From Heteronotia binoei (Eukaryota): DNA of 64,000 nt. Below, one piece after another: positions 46,690 to 61,534 of this stretch (position 1 is its first letter; each line of letters begins with the position of its first letter). A model generated the notes under the pieces. That model saw nothing but the letters and a program-made list of their open reading frames with translations, was not told the origin of the DNA and did not search any database. The stretch spans positions 15,624,001-15,688,000 of the forward strand of contig NC_083235.1 in assembly GCF_032191835.1 (NCBI RefSeq), given 5' to 3'. Both the position numbers and the translations under genes were made by a program.

Positions 46690-49600
46690 CCTGCTGAGGC
46701 AGGCTCAGGGCGGCTCACAGGACATGGTACATACCATGATTACAATAAAATACAGTTAATACAATAAAATACAGTTAAAATACAATTAAATTACAAATTC
46801 ATTAAATAAATAATTTAAAACCAGTATAAATTGAAGGTGATGATGATTAGGTGGGGTCTACTGCCAAATGGGAGAATTCTCTTAACTCTCTCCCTCCCAG
46901 TCACAATTGACACATTTACACATCAATCTCCAATTTTGATATATTTATCTGCTTCACTGTTTTCCTCCAGAATTAAATCCAAACAATGGTGACTTAATAA
47001 ACTTAACTTGTTATTCCTCTTTGCATTTGTTAAAATATCCTCATTATGTTGTATGCTAATTTGCTCTTCAACCTCTGCCATATATGTATGGACTGGTAAA
47101 TTCCATTTCATTGTATCTGAGGAAGTGTGTGTGCGCATGAAAGCTCATACCTTGAATAAAACTTTGTTGGACTTCAAGGTGCTACTGGACTCAAACTTTG
47201 TTCTAGAAAGTGTGCTCGGCAAAGCCATTAACAAGAGATGTTTTCTCCCCTTACAATGGCTATCAGCAGCTTTCCATGATTTCTGTCCGTGAAATGGCAC
47301 TGGGTGGGGGGAATTAATTCCTCTTGGCTGCTTTTCAGCCTTAAATGAAAGCATTGGGAAACCACGATGGGCCCAGTTTTTCCTGTCTATGGCAAGGGAA
47401 GCAAAAGTCCTTTGGACAGAGCTTCATAGATGTTGCTTGCCTTTTGGTTGCATGGCAGAACGTTGAACTTGTGGTGGTGGTGATGACCAGACTGCAGGGA
47501 GTAGCTGGAATCCTCTGCGAGATTAGGAGGTTGTAAAACACACAGACACACTGGCCTTCTTGGGTTGGTTTTTTGAATTGAAATCACAGGAATTTCAAGA
47601 TCTGGATGGTATATCCTTAGTTTCCTCTTGTTCAAATCCCCAGCTGCCTTGGAAATTCCTGGGTGTCCTGTTTTTCTGCCTTCAGCTGAACCTACTTCAC
47701 AGGTTTGTTGTTAAGACAATGTTGCTAAGACAATGGAGGAAGAAGGTTAGTTAGTTTTATACCCTTCCCTTCTCTACTTGAAGGAGACTCATAATGGCTT
47801 ACGATCACTTTCCCTTCCTCCCCTCCCCAAAGCCCACCCGCCTTAGGCTCCACCCCCAAAATCTCCAGGTATTTCCTAAGCCAGAGCAGGCAGCCCTACC
47901 ACAGGCCCCTGTCTTCAGACAGGACTTCTTCTACCACTGCTCTCTTCTACCTTCTTCTTTAGCACTTTTCCCTCCACAGTCACCTGTCTGCGTAGGTCCC
48001 AGTGTGGAGTTGTGATCAGAGTCTCAGACTAGGATGTGCTACAAAGCCATTTTGTACCACTATTACCTCAGAATTTTTCTAATTTTTGTTCCTGAATATC
48101 ATCTTTTATCCACAAAACCATTACAGAATGGTACATTTGTGGTAAAGTTTTCACAGGATTTTTGGTTGTTTCTTCACAACACGGGATGGCAAACAAGCCA
48201 ATTAAGAGCAAGAGCAATATTTTGTGTGGTTGGTTAGAGAAATGAACCTAGCCAGTTGTCCATTTACACAGTCAATTAGAATTGCCTATGTGCTGGCGTC
48301 ACTAAAGGCAAAGAAACTCAATACAGAACAAGGGCACTTTTTCCAATGCTATAATATGTATATATATATACACACAATCTCTATTACCTGCCCCTCCCAC
48401 AACAGACACCCTGTGAGGTAGGAGGGGCTGGGAGAGCTCTTACAGCAGCTGCCCTTTCAAGGAGAACTCCTATGAGAGCTATGGATGACTCAAGGCCATC
48501 CCAGGAGCTGCAAGTGGAGGAGTAGAAATCAACGAGTTATCTCAGATAAGAGTCTGCACAGTTAACCACTACACCAAATTCCCTAAATCAAAATCACTTA
48601 ATGCCCTAAATAAAAATAAATAAATAATAAAAAAGTTGCAATGATGCTCTGGTTTGCTGAGCAGGACTGGAAGGGGTCCCCCCCCTCCACAAACACTGCC
48701 TTTATCCCCCTGAGAAATATGCATGGAGTTCACATTCAGACTAAACGTGCAAACATGTCTTAGGATGCAATTCAATGCATCATGACCTGAGAGTAAAGAC
48801 CATTGAACGTCATAGGATCTTCTTCTGAATCGACAACCATAGGATTGTGCCAGTAGGATGCTTGGTAGCTCACTAACCTTACCAGGCAAGAGGTTGACAT
48901 CCCTGAATCCAGAGTTAACCTTTTGATGGCATATTCATGATCCAAAATTTATTCTGGGGGTGGTGGGATTCTAGGGACCACATTGTGGCTATCATCCTGT
49001 ACTAAGTAACTCAGGACTTTATAGCCACTGAATATATATAGGCCTGGGTGACTCCATATGATGGTTCCTACATGATGGTGCTTAGTTGCCTAGAGTTTCA
49101 TGGGGAGATGCTGATCACCAGGGCATTTTTGGAAGAAAAAGCCAAGCAGTAACTCATTTGTATATTAGGACACACCCCATGACATCACCATTGTTTCACA
49201 CAGGGCTTTTTTTGTAGAAAAAATCATTTGCATATTAAGCCACACCTTATGACACCAAGCCAGCCAGAACTGCGTTCCTGCTCAAAAAAAAGCCCTGCTG
49301 ATCACCAACTCCCAAGAGAACATTCTCTCTCTTTCCCACTCTAGTTAGCAGCACTTACCTTCAGAGCCTTCTTCCCCCCATTGGAAGCCAGGTACAAGAT
49401 GGTGTGGCTCATCCAAGTGTTTGGGATAGCTTGATTTTGACTGTTAACCAGCATTTAGGCTATAAGATGTGTAGATTTAGTTATGCCTGGGGCCCTCGAG
49501 TTCTGGCAAGCTTTGCTGTGCAGAGGCAGTCCAAACCAAGCAACCAGACTTTGTTTCCTGCCTTGAAAGTCATATGGGGGAGGGGGTGCCCTCCAAAAAA

Positions 49601-52600
49601 TTTGACTGCGACTTCTAAGTACCTTCCGCAACCAGGCTTTTAAAGCTAAATGTGGATTACCCAGCAGTATGGTGGACTCAGTGGTTTCAACCTCCTCCAT
49701 GTTATTGAAAGGCCTGGTGGGTTCCTTTGGAGAAAACAGCTCAATGGCATCAGACCATGCTGAGGTACTTCCCTTCTTCCTCCCTACCATGACACTACTT
49801 GTAGCACGGGTTCTAACCTTTGAGCTTCAGATAGGCATCCCTCCTGGCAACCAGCAGGGGATGCAGGGGACTTACAAGGAGAAAGAGAAAGGCCTAGGTT
49901 TGTCTCTGCCATTGATGATGTTATCAAGCCAGTGTAGGGCTGCCAAGTTCCCACCACGGGTGGGGGATCCTCTGGTTTGGTGGACCTTAACCCGCTGGCA
50001 GGGAGGAGGCTGCCGGAAGGATCCCCACCCCCAAAGAGTCCTGTCAGCGTGCGGTGTGATGACGTCACCTGGAAGTGATATATTGTGGCAGCCACATTGT
50101 GCGGGGATGCTCTAGGAAATAATGGGAAATTGTGAGGTTCCTTCCAAATTGCTAGAGCATCCCTGTGCTAAACCATAGAGTTTTCAGCGATTTTCTAGAG
50201 CGTCTCCATGAGACATGCCCAGCACAATACGTCACTTCCAGGTGACGTCATTGCACTGCATTTGCAAGTTCCCACCAGCAGCCAGTGGGAACTTGGCAAC
50301 CCTAACCTAGAGATGTCCAGGCAACACTCTGGTATTTGGGTGAAAACTCTATGACAAAATTGTCTTCTGATTAGACTGGAATGTTTCTTCTTAGTCAGGC
50401 CCAGGGCTTTTTTTGAGCAGGAATGCACATGAACGCAGTTCCGACTGGCTTGGCATCAAGGGGTGTGGCCTAATATGCAAATGAGCTCCTGCTGGGTGTT
50501 TTCTACAAAAAAGCCCTGCATGAAACAATGGTGACATCAGGGGGTGTGGCCTAATATGCAAATGAGCCCCTGTTGGGCTTTTCCTGCAAATAAAGCCCTG
50601 GTCAGACATAACTATGTTAACCCTTAAGGAGGTTACTTGAACATGCTTGTGGCCATTCCAGCTAAAGCTGTGTCCCACATGAGTGTTAATGTCCTGAAGG
50701 GTAGCTATAGAGTATATACTTGTAGCTATTCTGCATCCAGTGTCTGGCAAATGTGTGTGTGTTTTTAAAGGAGAATATACTATAAACGGGCTAATTTGCA
50801 ACGGCCTCTGGGGTTCTGTCTCAGAAGTATTCCTCTGGGTCACAGCCCTGAAAGATGCCAAGCCGTGAACAAAAGCTGATGGTGCCACCGTGCCACCCAT
50901 AGTTTCATGCAATAGCAAACTGTTTCTCAGATCTGCTCAGCAGAAGACGAAGGCTTGTGTTCACCAGGAGGAAAAAGCCAAATACATTCCCTCCTTCCTG
51001 ATCTCTCTGTGGGATGGTCCCGCCGTTCTTTGGCACCTACAGACTCACAAACTCTGCTGCTGCTGCTGCAAACAGAAAGCATCTTTTTGGGTAGCATTTA
51101 CCAACTGGGTAAGTAAGAGCCCTGCGGGCACCAGAAAATTCCTATCACCGATAAGCCCACTGAAGCCTCTTTATTACTTCTGTCAGGGGCACCCAGCAGG
51201 TCCCACTGAGTTTCTGGCTCCTACTCATGGAACCCCTCAACAACTTCCCAGACCCTGATAGCCTTGAGCAGTGTTCCCTCTCAGCTGAGTTAGTGTGAGC
51301 CAGCTCACAGTTTTTTAGCCTCCAGCTCACAGATTTTTGTCTTCTCTCAGGAAGGATGACCCCAGGGCACAATAATTTAGGCAGTAGCTCTCAACTTTAA
51401 TACCAGTAACTCACAATTTTAATACCAGTAGCCAGGGGTGGAATTCTAGCAGGAGCTCCTTTGCATATTAGGCCACACACCCCTGATGTAGCCAATCCTC
51501 CAAGAGCTTACAAGGCTCTTTTGCATAAACTCCTGAGGATTGGCTACATCAGGGGTGTGTGGCTTAATATGCAAAGGAGCTCCTGCTAGAATTCCACCCC
51601 TGCCAATAACTCACAAAGTAGAATTCTTGTTCACAAGACATTGCAGCTTAGAGGGAACCTTGCTCCCAACTGCTGGTATTCCCAGTAGGTCCCCCATCCA
51701 AGTACTTGCCACAGTCGACCCTGCTTAGCTTCTGAGATCTGATGACATCGGGCTTGCCTGGGATATCCAGGTCCTCATGTCCTGTCTTCGGGAGGAGGAA
51801 GAGCCATGGGGGGAGGCAGAATGATGTCAGCACTCTAAAGGAACCATCTCAGGGGGTCAGAATCCTGCACCTTCCTGGTTACACCTCCAGCAATCACATC
51901 CACCACTGTCGCAGTGTGATGGTCTTCCAGAAAAGGTGTGGCAGGATCTCCAATTGCTTCTCTTCGGTGGCAATGTCTTCATGTGCCTCACACTATCTTT
52001 CTGACAGCTACTAAATCCAAGGGCTGATCATATAACAAGAAGTACTGAAAATCAAGAAGAAAGCTGATCAATGGGTGGGTGATTCAAACTATGGGTGGGT
52101 AGGTCCGGAAGGATTTCTTCTCTGCTTCATGTGGATGACACGGGCACTCTCCAGTATGTGCTTATCATACATGAACACATGAAGCTGCCTTGTACTGAAC
52201 CAGACCATTGGTCCATCAAGGTCAGTCTCGTCTGCTCAGCCTGGTAGCTGCTTTCCAGGAGCCCAGGGAAAGGTCTTTCACATCATCTGCTACCTGTGTT
52301 GGTTTTTTGAATAAATGTGTAGAGTAAATAAGCAAACAGAGAACACCATGTGTGTTTGAGATTTATAGAAAACTACCTTTATTAGAAATATATGAACATA
52401 TGAACATAGGAAGCTGCCTTATTCTGAATCAGACCCTCAGTCCATCAAATTCAGTATTGTCTATTCAGACTGGCAGTGGCTCTTCGGGGTCTCAAGCTGA
52501 GGTTTTTCACATCTATTTGCCTGGACCCTTTTTAGTTGGAGATGCCGATGATTGAACCTTGGGCCTTCTGCTTACCAAGCAGATGCTCTACCACTGAGCC

Positions 52601-53423
52601 ACCGTCCCTCCCCATTTTGAAAAATAAGGGAAGGAAGGTACATAGGAAGGGGAAGTCCCAGAAATAGGAGTTGGGGATGGAAGAAAGGAAGGAGAAAGCA
52701 GAAGAGACAGCACCTGGTCTGGCTTTGAGTTGGCACCGATTGTTCTCTTTCTCTCCCTGGTGGGATCAGTGCCTGGGAGAGGAAGGGGGGAAAGGTGCTG
52801 TTGCTTTCTTCTGCTGCCACCACCTTTCTGTCTGGCCAGCTTTTTCTCTGTCTTGTGCTGGAGCCTTCTGCCCCCATCTAACACTTCCCTTCCCTTAATT
52901 GATTCCCTGGCTTCTTCTTTGCCCCACCCCATCACTATTGGTGGCTGCCTTCGTATTAACCAAGATCCAGTTGAGGACCACGTAACCTCCTCTTCCATTT
53001 TGAAAAACGTTTATCTACAAACCTAGGGGTTTCTATGGGCTTGGATGAAAATGACTTCTTTCCATACTGGCCCCATTTTGTGGGGTTTTTAAAAACAGAA
53101 CTCAGAGGGAAATGTAGATTTATTTTAAAAAAGAAATCCTGAATTCCTGATCCAGAGCCTCACAGTTCTGAATCTGAATTCTGACAGTATATCTTGAGGC
53201 TGACACATGTATCTTGAGTGGCAGGAATAATGGATGCATCAGGGAGAGAAACACAGAGATGTGAATCAAAGAGCAAATACATCCTAGAAGTTTTCTCCCA
53301 TAGTTTGCTCACTGGGTAGCTTACCTTGATAATAGTGGGAGGGAGAAATGTGAATCTTGGGATTAATTAGCCATGCTTGGCTTCATGGCTCTAACTTTCT
53401 TTCAGTTTCCTCACTTCAGCAGC

Positions 53424-54365
53424 ATGAGTCCAATGAATCACAGGAACACAACAGAAGTTTCTGAGTTCCTCCTCCGAGGTTTTCCATCCCAGCCAGAGGT
53501 TCAAAGGCTTCTCTTCCTTCTCTTCCTTCCTGTCTATCTGCTCATCCTCCTGGGAAATGTCACAATCATCTTGTTGATCCGCTCCAACACACAGCTCCTC
53601 CATACTCCCATGTACTTCCTGCTCAGCCACCTTGCCCTAGCTGACCTTGGTTTCACCTCCACCACCATCCCCAAGGCATTAGATAACCTGCTGTCTCAGA
53701 AGAAGACTATCTCCTACCATGGTTGTCTGGCCCAGATGTATTTCTATATGTCTTTTGGCAACACAGACAGCTTCCTGCTGGCTTCCATGGCCTATGACCG
53801 CTATGTGGCTATCTGCTGCCCGCTACGCTATTCTAACATGATGAGCCACAGGCGTTGCCTTCAACTGGCCACAGTGTCCTGGCTTCTCCCCATAATTGAC
53901 TCACTGCTTTATAGTGTTTTGCTATCCCGTGTTGAGTTCTGTGACCCTGAAGAGATCCCTCATTTCTTCTGTGATGTTGTCCCATTATTGTCTGTCTGCT
54001 GCTCTGATACGAGCCTTATAGAAACACTTCTGCTGACTGAGGGGATGGTGGATATCCTGGGGCCCTTTGTGGTCATTATTCTTTCATACGCCCTCATCTT
54101 TTATACCATCATGAAAATTCCATCTGCCGTCGGGAAGCGCAAGGCTTTTTCCACATGTGGGTCCCACATTTGTGTGGTGATCTTGTTCTACGGCACTGTA
54201 AGCTGGGTGTATTTAAAGCCGAATTCCAAGAACTTAGACCACCAGGACACAGTGGCAGCTGTGATGTATACCATAGTGACCCCCGTGTTGAATCCTTTCA
54301 TCTACAGCCTCAGGAACAGCGAGATGAAGGCGGCCATGAAGAGGGTCATTACGCGGCATTTTTGA
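53424..54365 (+). CDS. Olfactory receptor copy 6, 313 aa, intact (subtype A, near-identical to copy 2)
   Basis: OR motifs; I count 6 amino-acid differences from copy 2. Confidence 0.96.
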   Translation: MSPMNHRNTTEVSEFLLRGFPSQPEVQRLLFLLFLPVYLLILLGNVTIILLIRSNTQLLHTPMYFLLSHLALADLGFTSTTIPKALDNLLSQKKTISYHGCLAQMYFYMSFGNTDSFLLASMAYDRYVAICCPLRYSNMMSHRRCLQLATVSWLLPIIDSLLYSVLLSRVEFCDPEEIPHFFCDVVPLLSVCCSDTSLIETLLLTEGMVDILGPFVVIILSYALIFYTIMKIPSAVGKRKAFSTCGSHICVVILFYGTVSWVYLKPNSKNLDHQDTVAAVMYTIVTPVLNPFIYSLRNSEMKAAMKRVITRHF

Positions 54366-57300
54366 TGATGTGTTAAAGGGCCAAACCATTGGATTATGCT
54401 ATAGCCTCAATTCTCCGCATTTTCCTGTCAAGGGGAAAATGCTATTGAAAGATTTCAAAGACGATCTGACTCCACTGAGAACAAGAGAAAGAAATTTTAC
54501 ATAAAAAAATAGAAGCCCATCTTACATGGCAAATTCATGTAGGGACATTTTGATTTATTGTGAATAGATTAACTTCATAAAGGTTATCTTGCTATTGGTC
54601 CAAGCCCAGGTAAGAGAGAGAAGAAGAGAGGTCCCTTAAAAGATGACATAGAAGGCAAACAACAGTCAAAGAGACTGAGCATCTAACTGATGGTTAGGTG
54701 GGGTCTACTGCCAAATGGGAGAATTCTCTTAACTCTTTTCCTCCCAGAGTCACAATTGAGAATGACACGTTTACACATCAATCTCCAATTTTGATATATT
54801 TATTTGCTTCACTGTTTTCCTCCAGAATTAAATCCAAATGGTGATTTAATAAACTTAACTTGTTATTTCTCTTTGCATTTGTTAAAATATCCTCATTATT
54901 TAATATGCTAATTTGCTGTTCAGCCTCTGCCACCCCTGGTGGAGCCAACTCCTAGACAATGTTAGAGCCTTGAGGGACCTTACCCAGTTCTGCAAGACCT
55001 GTAAAACAACGTCATTTCGAATGGCCTTCAACCAAAATCTGTAAATGCCCAACACTTTTTAAGAATGGCATGATGTTTGCACCAAACTGTTGTTTTAAAG
55101 CTGCACTAATAATTTTAAATTGTAACCTGTCTTAACTTCTAATGGGCATGATTGTGATTGTTTTTATTGTTTTATTGTTAACATTATGATGCTGTTAGCC
55201 GACCTGAGCCTGCTTCAACAGGGAGGGCGGGATATAAATGTGAAAAATAAATAGATAAATATATGTATGGACTGGTAAATTCCATTTCATTGGAATTGAG
55301 GAAGTGTGTGTGCACACGAAAGCTCATACCTTGAATAAAACTTTGTTGGACTTAAAGGTGCTACTGGACTCAAACTTTGTTCTAGAAAGTGTGGTTGGCA
55401 AGAGATGTTTTCTCCCCTTACAATGGCTATCAGCAGCTTTCCATGATTTCTATCTGTGAAACGGCACTGGGTGGGGGGAATTAATTCCCCTTGGCTGCTT
55501 TTCAGCCTTAAAAGAAAGCATTGGGAAACCAAGATGGGCCCAGTTTTTCCTGTCTATGGCAAGTGAAGCAAAAGTCCTTTGGACAGAGCTTCGTAGATGT
55601 TGCTTGCCTTTTGGTTGCATGGCAGAACATTGAACTTGTGGTGGTGGTGATGACCAGAATGCAGGGATTAGCTGGAATCCTCTGCGAGATTAGAAGGTTG
55701 TAAAACTCAGAGACACACTGGCCTTCTTGGGTTGGTTTTTTGAATTGAAATCACAGGAATTTCAGGATCTGGATGGTATATCCTTAGTTTTTTCTTGTTC
55801 AAATCCCCAGCTGCCTTGGAAATTCCTGGGTGTCCTGTTTTTCTGCCTACAGCTGAACTTACTGCACAGGTTTCTTGTTAAGACAATGTTGCTAAGACAA
55901 TGGAGGAAGAAGGTTAGTCAGTGTTATACCCTGCCCTTCACTACTTGAAGGAGTCTCAAAATGGTTTACGATTACTTTCCCTTCCTCCCCTCCCCAAAGC
56001 CCACCCTCCTTAGGCTCCACCCCCAAAATCTCCAGGTATTTCCTAAGCCATAGCAGGCAGCCCTACCACAGGCCCCTGTCTTCAGACAGGACCTTCTATC
56101 ACTGCTCTCTTCTACCTTCTTCTTTAGCACTTTTCCCTCCACAGTCACCTGTCTGCGTAGGTCCCAGGGTGGAGTTGTGATTAGAGTCCCAGACTAGGAT
56201 GTGTTACAAAGCCATTTTGTACCACTATTACCTCAGAATTTTTCTAATTTTTGTTCCTGAACATCATCTTTTATCCACAAAACCATTACAGAATGGTACA
56301 TTTGTGGTAAACTTTTCACAGGATTTTTGGTGGTTTCTTCACAACACGGGATGGCAAACAAGCCAATTAAGAGCAAGAGCAATATTTTGTGTGGTTGGTT
56401 AGAGAAATGAACCTAGCCAGTTGTCCATTTACACAGTCAATTAGAATTGCCTATGTGCTGGCGTCACTAAAGGCAAAGAAACTCAATACAGAACAAGGAC
56501 ACTTTTTCCAATGCTATAATATGTATATATATACACACAATCTCTATTACCTGCCCCTCCCACAACAGACACCCTATGAGGTAAGAGGGGCTGGGAGATC
56601 TCTTACAGCAGCTGCCCTTTCAAGGAGAACTCCAAAGAGAGCTATGGATGACTCAAGGCCATCCCAGCAGCTGCAAGTGGAGGAGTAGAAATCAACGAGT
56701 TCTCTCAGATAAGAGTCTGCACAGTTAACCACTACAGCAAATTCCCTAAATACAAATCAAAATCACTTAATGCCCTAAATAAAAATAAATAAACAATAAA
56801 AAGTTGCAATGATGCTCTGGTTTGCTGAGCAGGACTGGAAGGGGTCCCCCCCACACACTCTGCTTTTATCCCCCTGGGAAATATGCATGGAGTTCACATT
56901 CAGACTAAACGTGCAAACATGTCTTAGGATGCAATTCAATGCACGTGACTTGAGAGTAAAGACCATTGAACGTCATAGGATCTTCTTCTGAATAGACAAG
57001 CATAGGATTGTACCAGTAGGATGCTTGGTAGCTCACTAATCTTACCAGGCAAGAGGTTGACATCCCTGAATCCAGAGTTAACCTTTTGATGGCATATTCA
57101 TGACCCAAAATTTATTCCGGGGGTGGTGGGGTTCTAGGGAGCACATTGAGGCTATCATCCTGTGCTAAGTAACTCAGGACTTTATAGCCACTGTGAATAT
57201 ATATAGGCCTGGGTGACTCCACATGATGGTTGCTACATGATGGTGCTTAGTTGCCTAGAGTTTCATGGGGAAATGCTGATCACCAGGGCTTTTTGGGAAG

Positions 57301-60300
57301 AAAAAACCCAGGAGGAACTCATTTGTATATTAGGCCACACCCCATGACATCACCATTGTTTCACACAGGGCTTTTTTTGTAGAAAAACTCATTTGCATAT
57401 TAAGCCACACCTTGTGACACCAAGCCAGCCAGAACTGTATTCCTGCTCAAAAAAAAGCCCCGCTGATCACCCACTCCCAAGAGAACATTCTCTCTCTTTC
57501 CCACTCTTGTTAGCAGCACTTCCCTTCAGAGCCTTCTTCCCCGCATTGGAAGCCAGAAACAAGATGGTGTGGCTCATCCAAGTGTTTGGGATAGCTTGAT
57601 TTTTACTGTTAGCCAGCATTTAGGCTATAAGATCTGTAGCTTTAGTTATGCCTGGGGCCATTGAGGTCTGGCAAGCTTTGCTGTGCAGAGGCAGTCCAAA
57701 CCAAGCAACCAGACTTTGTTTCCTGCCTTGAAAGTCATATGGGGGAGGGGGTGCCCTCCAAAAAATTTGACTGCGACTTCTAAGTACCTTCCGCAACCAG
57801 GCTTTTAAAGCTAAATGTGGATTACCCAGCAGTATGGTGGACTCAGTGGTTTCAACCTCCTCCCTGTTATTGAAAGGCCTGGTGGGTTCCTTTGGAGAAA
57901 ACAGCTCAATGTCATCAGACCCTGCTGAGGTTCTTCCCTTCTTCCTCCCTACCATGACACTACTTGTAGCACGGGTTCTAACCTTTGAGCTTCAGATAGG
58001 CATCCCTCCTGGCAACCAGCAGGGGATGCAGGGGACTTACAAGGAGAAAGAGAAAGGCCTAGGCTTTGTCTCTGCCATTGATGATGTTATCAAGCCAGTG
58101 TAGGGCTGCCAAGTTCCCAACAGGGGTGGGGCATCCTCTGGTTTGGTGGACCTTAACCCGCTGGCAGGGAGGAGGCTGCCGGAAGAATCCCCACCCCCAA
58201 AGAGTCCTGTCAGCGTGCAGCGTGATGACGTCACCTGGAAGTGATATATTGTGGCAGCCACATTGTGCGGGGATGCTCTAGGAAATAATGGGAAATTGTG
58301 AGGTTCCTTCCAAATTGCTAGAGCATCCCTGTGCTAAACCATAGAGTTTTCAGCGATTTTCTAGAGCGTCTCCATGAGACATGCCCAGCACAATACGTCA
58401 CTTCCAGGTGACGTCATTGCACTGCATTTGCAAGTTCCCACCAGCAGCCAGTGGGAACTTGGCAACCCTAACCTAGAGATGTCCAGGCAACACTCTGGTA
58501 TTTGGGTGAAAACTCTATGACAAAATTGTCTTCTGATTAGACTGGAATGTTTCTTCTTAGTCAGGCCCAGGGCTTTTTTTGAGCAGGAATGCACATGAAC
58601 GCAGTTCCGACTGGCTTGGCATCAAGGGGTGTGGCCTAATATGCAAATGAGCTCCTGCTGGGTGTTTTCTACAAAAAAGCCCTGCATGAAACAATGGTGA
58701 CATCAGGGGGTGTGGCCTAATATGCAAATGAGCCCCTGTTGGGCTTTTCCTGCAAATAAAGCCCTGGTCAGACATAACTATGTTAACCCTTAAGGAGGTT
58801 ACTTGAACATGCTTGTGGCCGTTCCAGCTAAAGCTGTGTCCCACATGAGTGTTAATGTCCTGAAGGGTAGCTATAGAGTATATACTTGTAGCTATTCTGC
58901 ATCCAGTGTCTGGCAAATGTGTGTGTGTTTTTAAAGGAGAATATACTATAAACGGGCTAATTTGCAACGACCTCTGGGGTTCTGTCTCAGAAGTATTCCT
59001 CTGGGTCACAGCCCTGAAAGATGCCAAGCCGTGAACAAAAGCTGATGGTGCCACCGTGCCACCCATTGTTTCATGCAATAGCAAACTGTTTCTCAGATCT
59101 GCTCAGCAGAAGACGAAGGCTTGTGTTCACCAGGAGGAAAAAGCCAAATACATTCCCTCCTTCCTGATCTCTCTGTGGGATGGTCCCGCCGTTCTTTGGC
59201 ACCTGCAGACTCACAAACTCTGCTGCTGCTGCTGCAAACAGAAAGCATCTTTTTGGGTAGCATTTACCAACTGGGTAAGTAAGAGCCCTGCGGGCACCAG
59301 AAAATTCCTATCACCGATAAGCCCACTGAAGCCTCTTTATTACTTCTGTCAGGGGCACCCAGCAGGTCCCACTGAGTTGCTGTTTCTGGCTCCTACTCAT
59401 GGAACCCCTCAACAACTTCCCAGACCCTGATAGCCTTGAGCAGTGTTCCCTCTCAGCTGAGTTAGTGTGAGCCAGCTCACAGATTTTTAGCCTCCAGCTC
59501 ACAGATTTTTGTCTTCTCTCAGGAAGGATGACCCCAGAGCACAATAATTTAGGCAGTAGCTCTCAACTTTAATACCAGTAACTCACAATTTTAATACCAG
59601 TAGCCAGGGGTGGAATTCTAGCGGGAGCTCCTTTGCATATTAGGCCACACACCCCTGATGTAGCCAATCCTCCAAGAACTTACAAGGCTCTTTTGCATAA
59701 ACTCTTGAGGACTGGCAACATCAGGGGTGTGTGGCTTAATATGCAAAGGAGCTCCTGCTAGAATTCCACCCCTGCCAATAACTCACAAAGTAGAATTCTT
59801 GTTCACAAGACTCTGCAGCTTAGAGGGAACCTTGTTCCCAACTGCTGGTATTCCAAGGAGGTCCCCCATCCAAGTACTTTTCACAGTCGACCCTGCTTAG
59901 CCTCTGAGATTTGATGACATCGGGCTTGCCTGGGATATCCAGGTCCTCATGTCCTGTCTTCGGGAGGAGGAAGAGCCATGGGGGGGAGGCAGAATGATGT
60001 CAGCACTCTAAAGGAACCATCTCAGGGGGTCGGAATCCTGCACCTTCCTGGTTACACCTCCAGCTATCACATCCACCACTGTTGCAGTATGATGGTCTTC
60101 CAGAAAAGGTGTGGCAGGATCTCCAATTGCTTTTCTTCGGTGGCAATGTCTTCATGTGCCTCACACTATCTTTCTGACAGCTACTAAATCCAAGGGCTGA
60201 TCATATAACAAGAAGTACTGAAAATCAAGAAGAAAGCTGATCAATGGGTGGGTGATCTAAACTATGGGTAGGTGGGTAGGTTGGGAAGGATTTCTGCTCT

Positions 60301-61065
60301 GCTTCTTGTGGATGACACAGGCAATGTCCAGTATGTGCTTATCATACATGAACACATGAAGCTGCCTTATGTTGAACCAGACTATTGGTCCATCAAGGTC
60401 AGTCTCGTCTGCTCAGCCTGGTAGCTGCTTTCCAGGAGCCCAGGGAAAGGTCTTTCACATCATCTGCTACCTGTGTTGGTTTTTTGTATAAATGTGCATA
60501 GTAAATAAGCAAACAGAGAACACCATGTGTGTTTGAGATTTAAAGAAAACTACCTTTATTAGAAATATATGAACATATGAAGCTGCCTTATACTGAATCA
60601 GACCCTCAGTCCATCAAAGTCAGTATTGTCTACTCAGACTGGCAGCAGCTCTCCAGGGTCTCAAGCTGAGGTTTTTCACGCCTATTTGCCTGGACCCTTT
60701 TTAGTTGGAGATGCTGATGATTGAATCTGGGGCCTTCTGCTTACCAAGCAGATGCTCTATCACTGAGCCACCATCCCTCCCCATTTTGAAAAATAAGGAA
60801 GGAAGGTCCATAGGAAGAAGGGGAGTTACATAGGAAGAATTCCTTCCTTCCTTCCTTGAGCTAGGAGTTGGGGATAGAAGAAAGGAAGGAGAAAGCAGAA
60901 GAGACAGCACCTGGTCTGGCTTCGAGTTGGCACCTTTTGTTCTCTTTCTCTCCCTTGTGGGATCAATGCCTGGGAGAGGAAGGGGGAAAAGGTGCTGTTG
61001 CTTTCTTCTGCTGCCACCACCTTTCTGTCTGGCCAGCTTTTTCTCTGTTTTGTGCTGGAGCCTTC

Positions 61066-61534
61066 TGTCAGACTCATTGATGTTTATGCTAACTGCTGAT
61101 TACTAACCATATGAATCAATGCGCATCTATGCTCACTAGCCTATAGCCATAGAACAGTAGGGGGGGCATCGTAGAGAGTAGCTTCCCAAGAATATCAAAG
61201 GTTGCTGGGCCTGCTTTGAAGTGGAAACTGCCTGCCAGATTCTCACCTCCTCCCCAGCGGCAGCAGGGACACTGTAACCACCAACGGGTTACAACGGAAA
61301 AGATAAGGGGGAAGCCGTGTGAAACTCTCACATGCAAAAGCAGCCTTTCTTTTGGGAATTAGGATGTAGATGCTATTGCTTTGATGTTAGATGTTAAATA
61401 CCCATGATTCGAACTGATCTCCATCAGTTCCAATGCCTATCATGTTGGGGTAACTTTGGAGTATACAATAAATGCAACTTTGTTTCAAACAACAAGTCTG
61501 CTCATTTGGAAACTTCAATGAACCTTCGCTGACA
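61066..61534 (+). mobile_element. Paralogous copy of the same solo LTR (469 bp) upstream of OR7
   Basis: Same termini, TSD and insertion site as 44258-44735. Confidence 0.85.
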
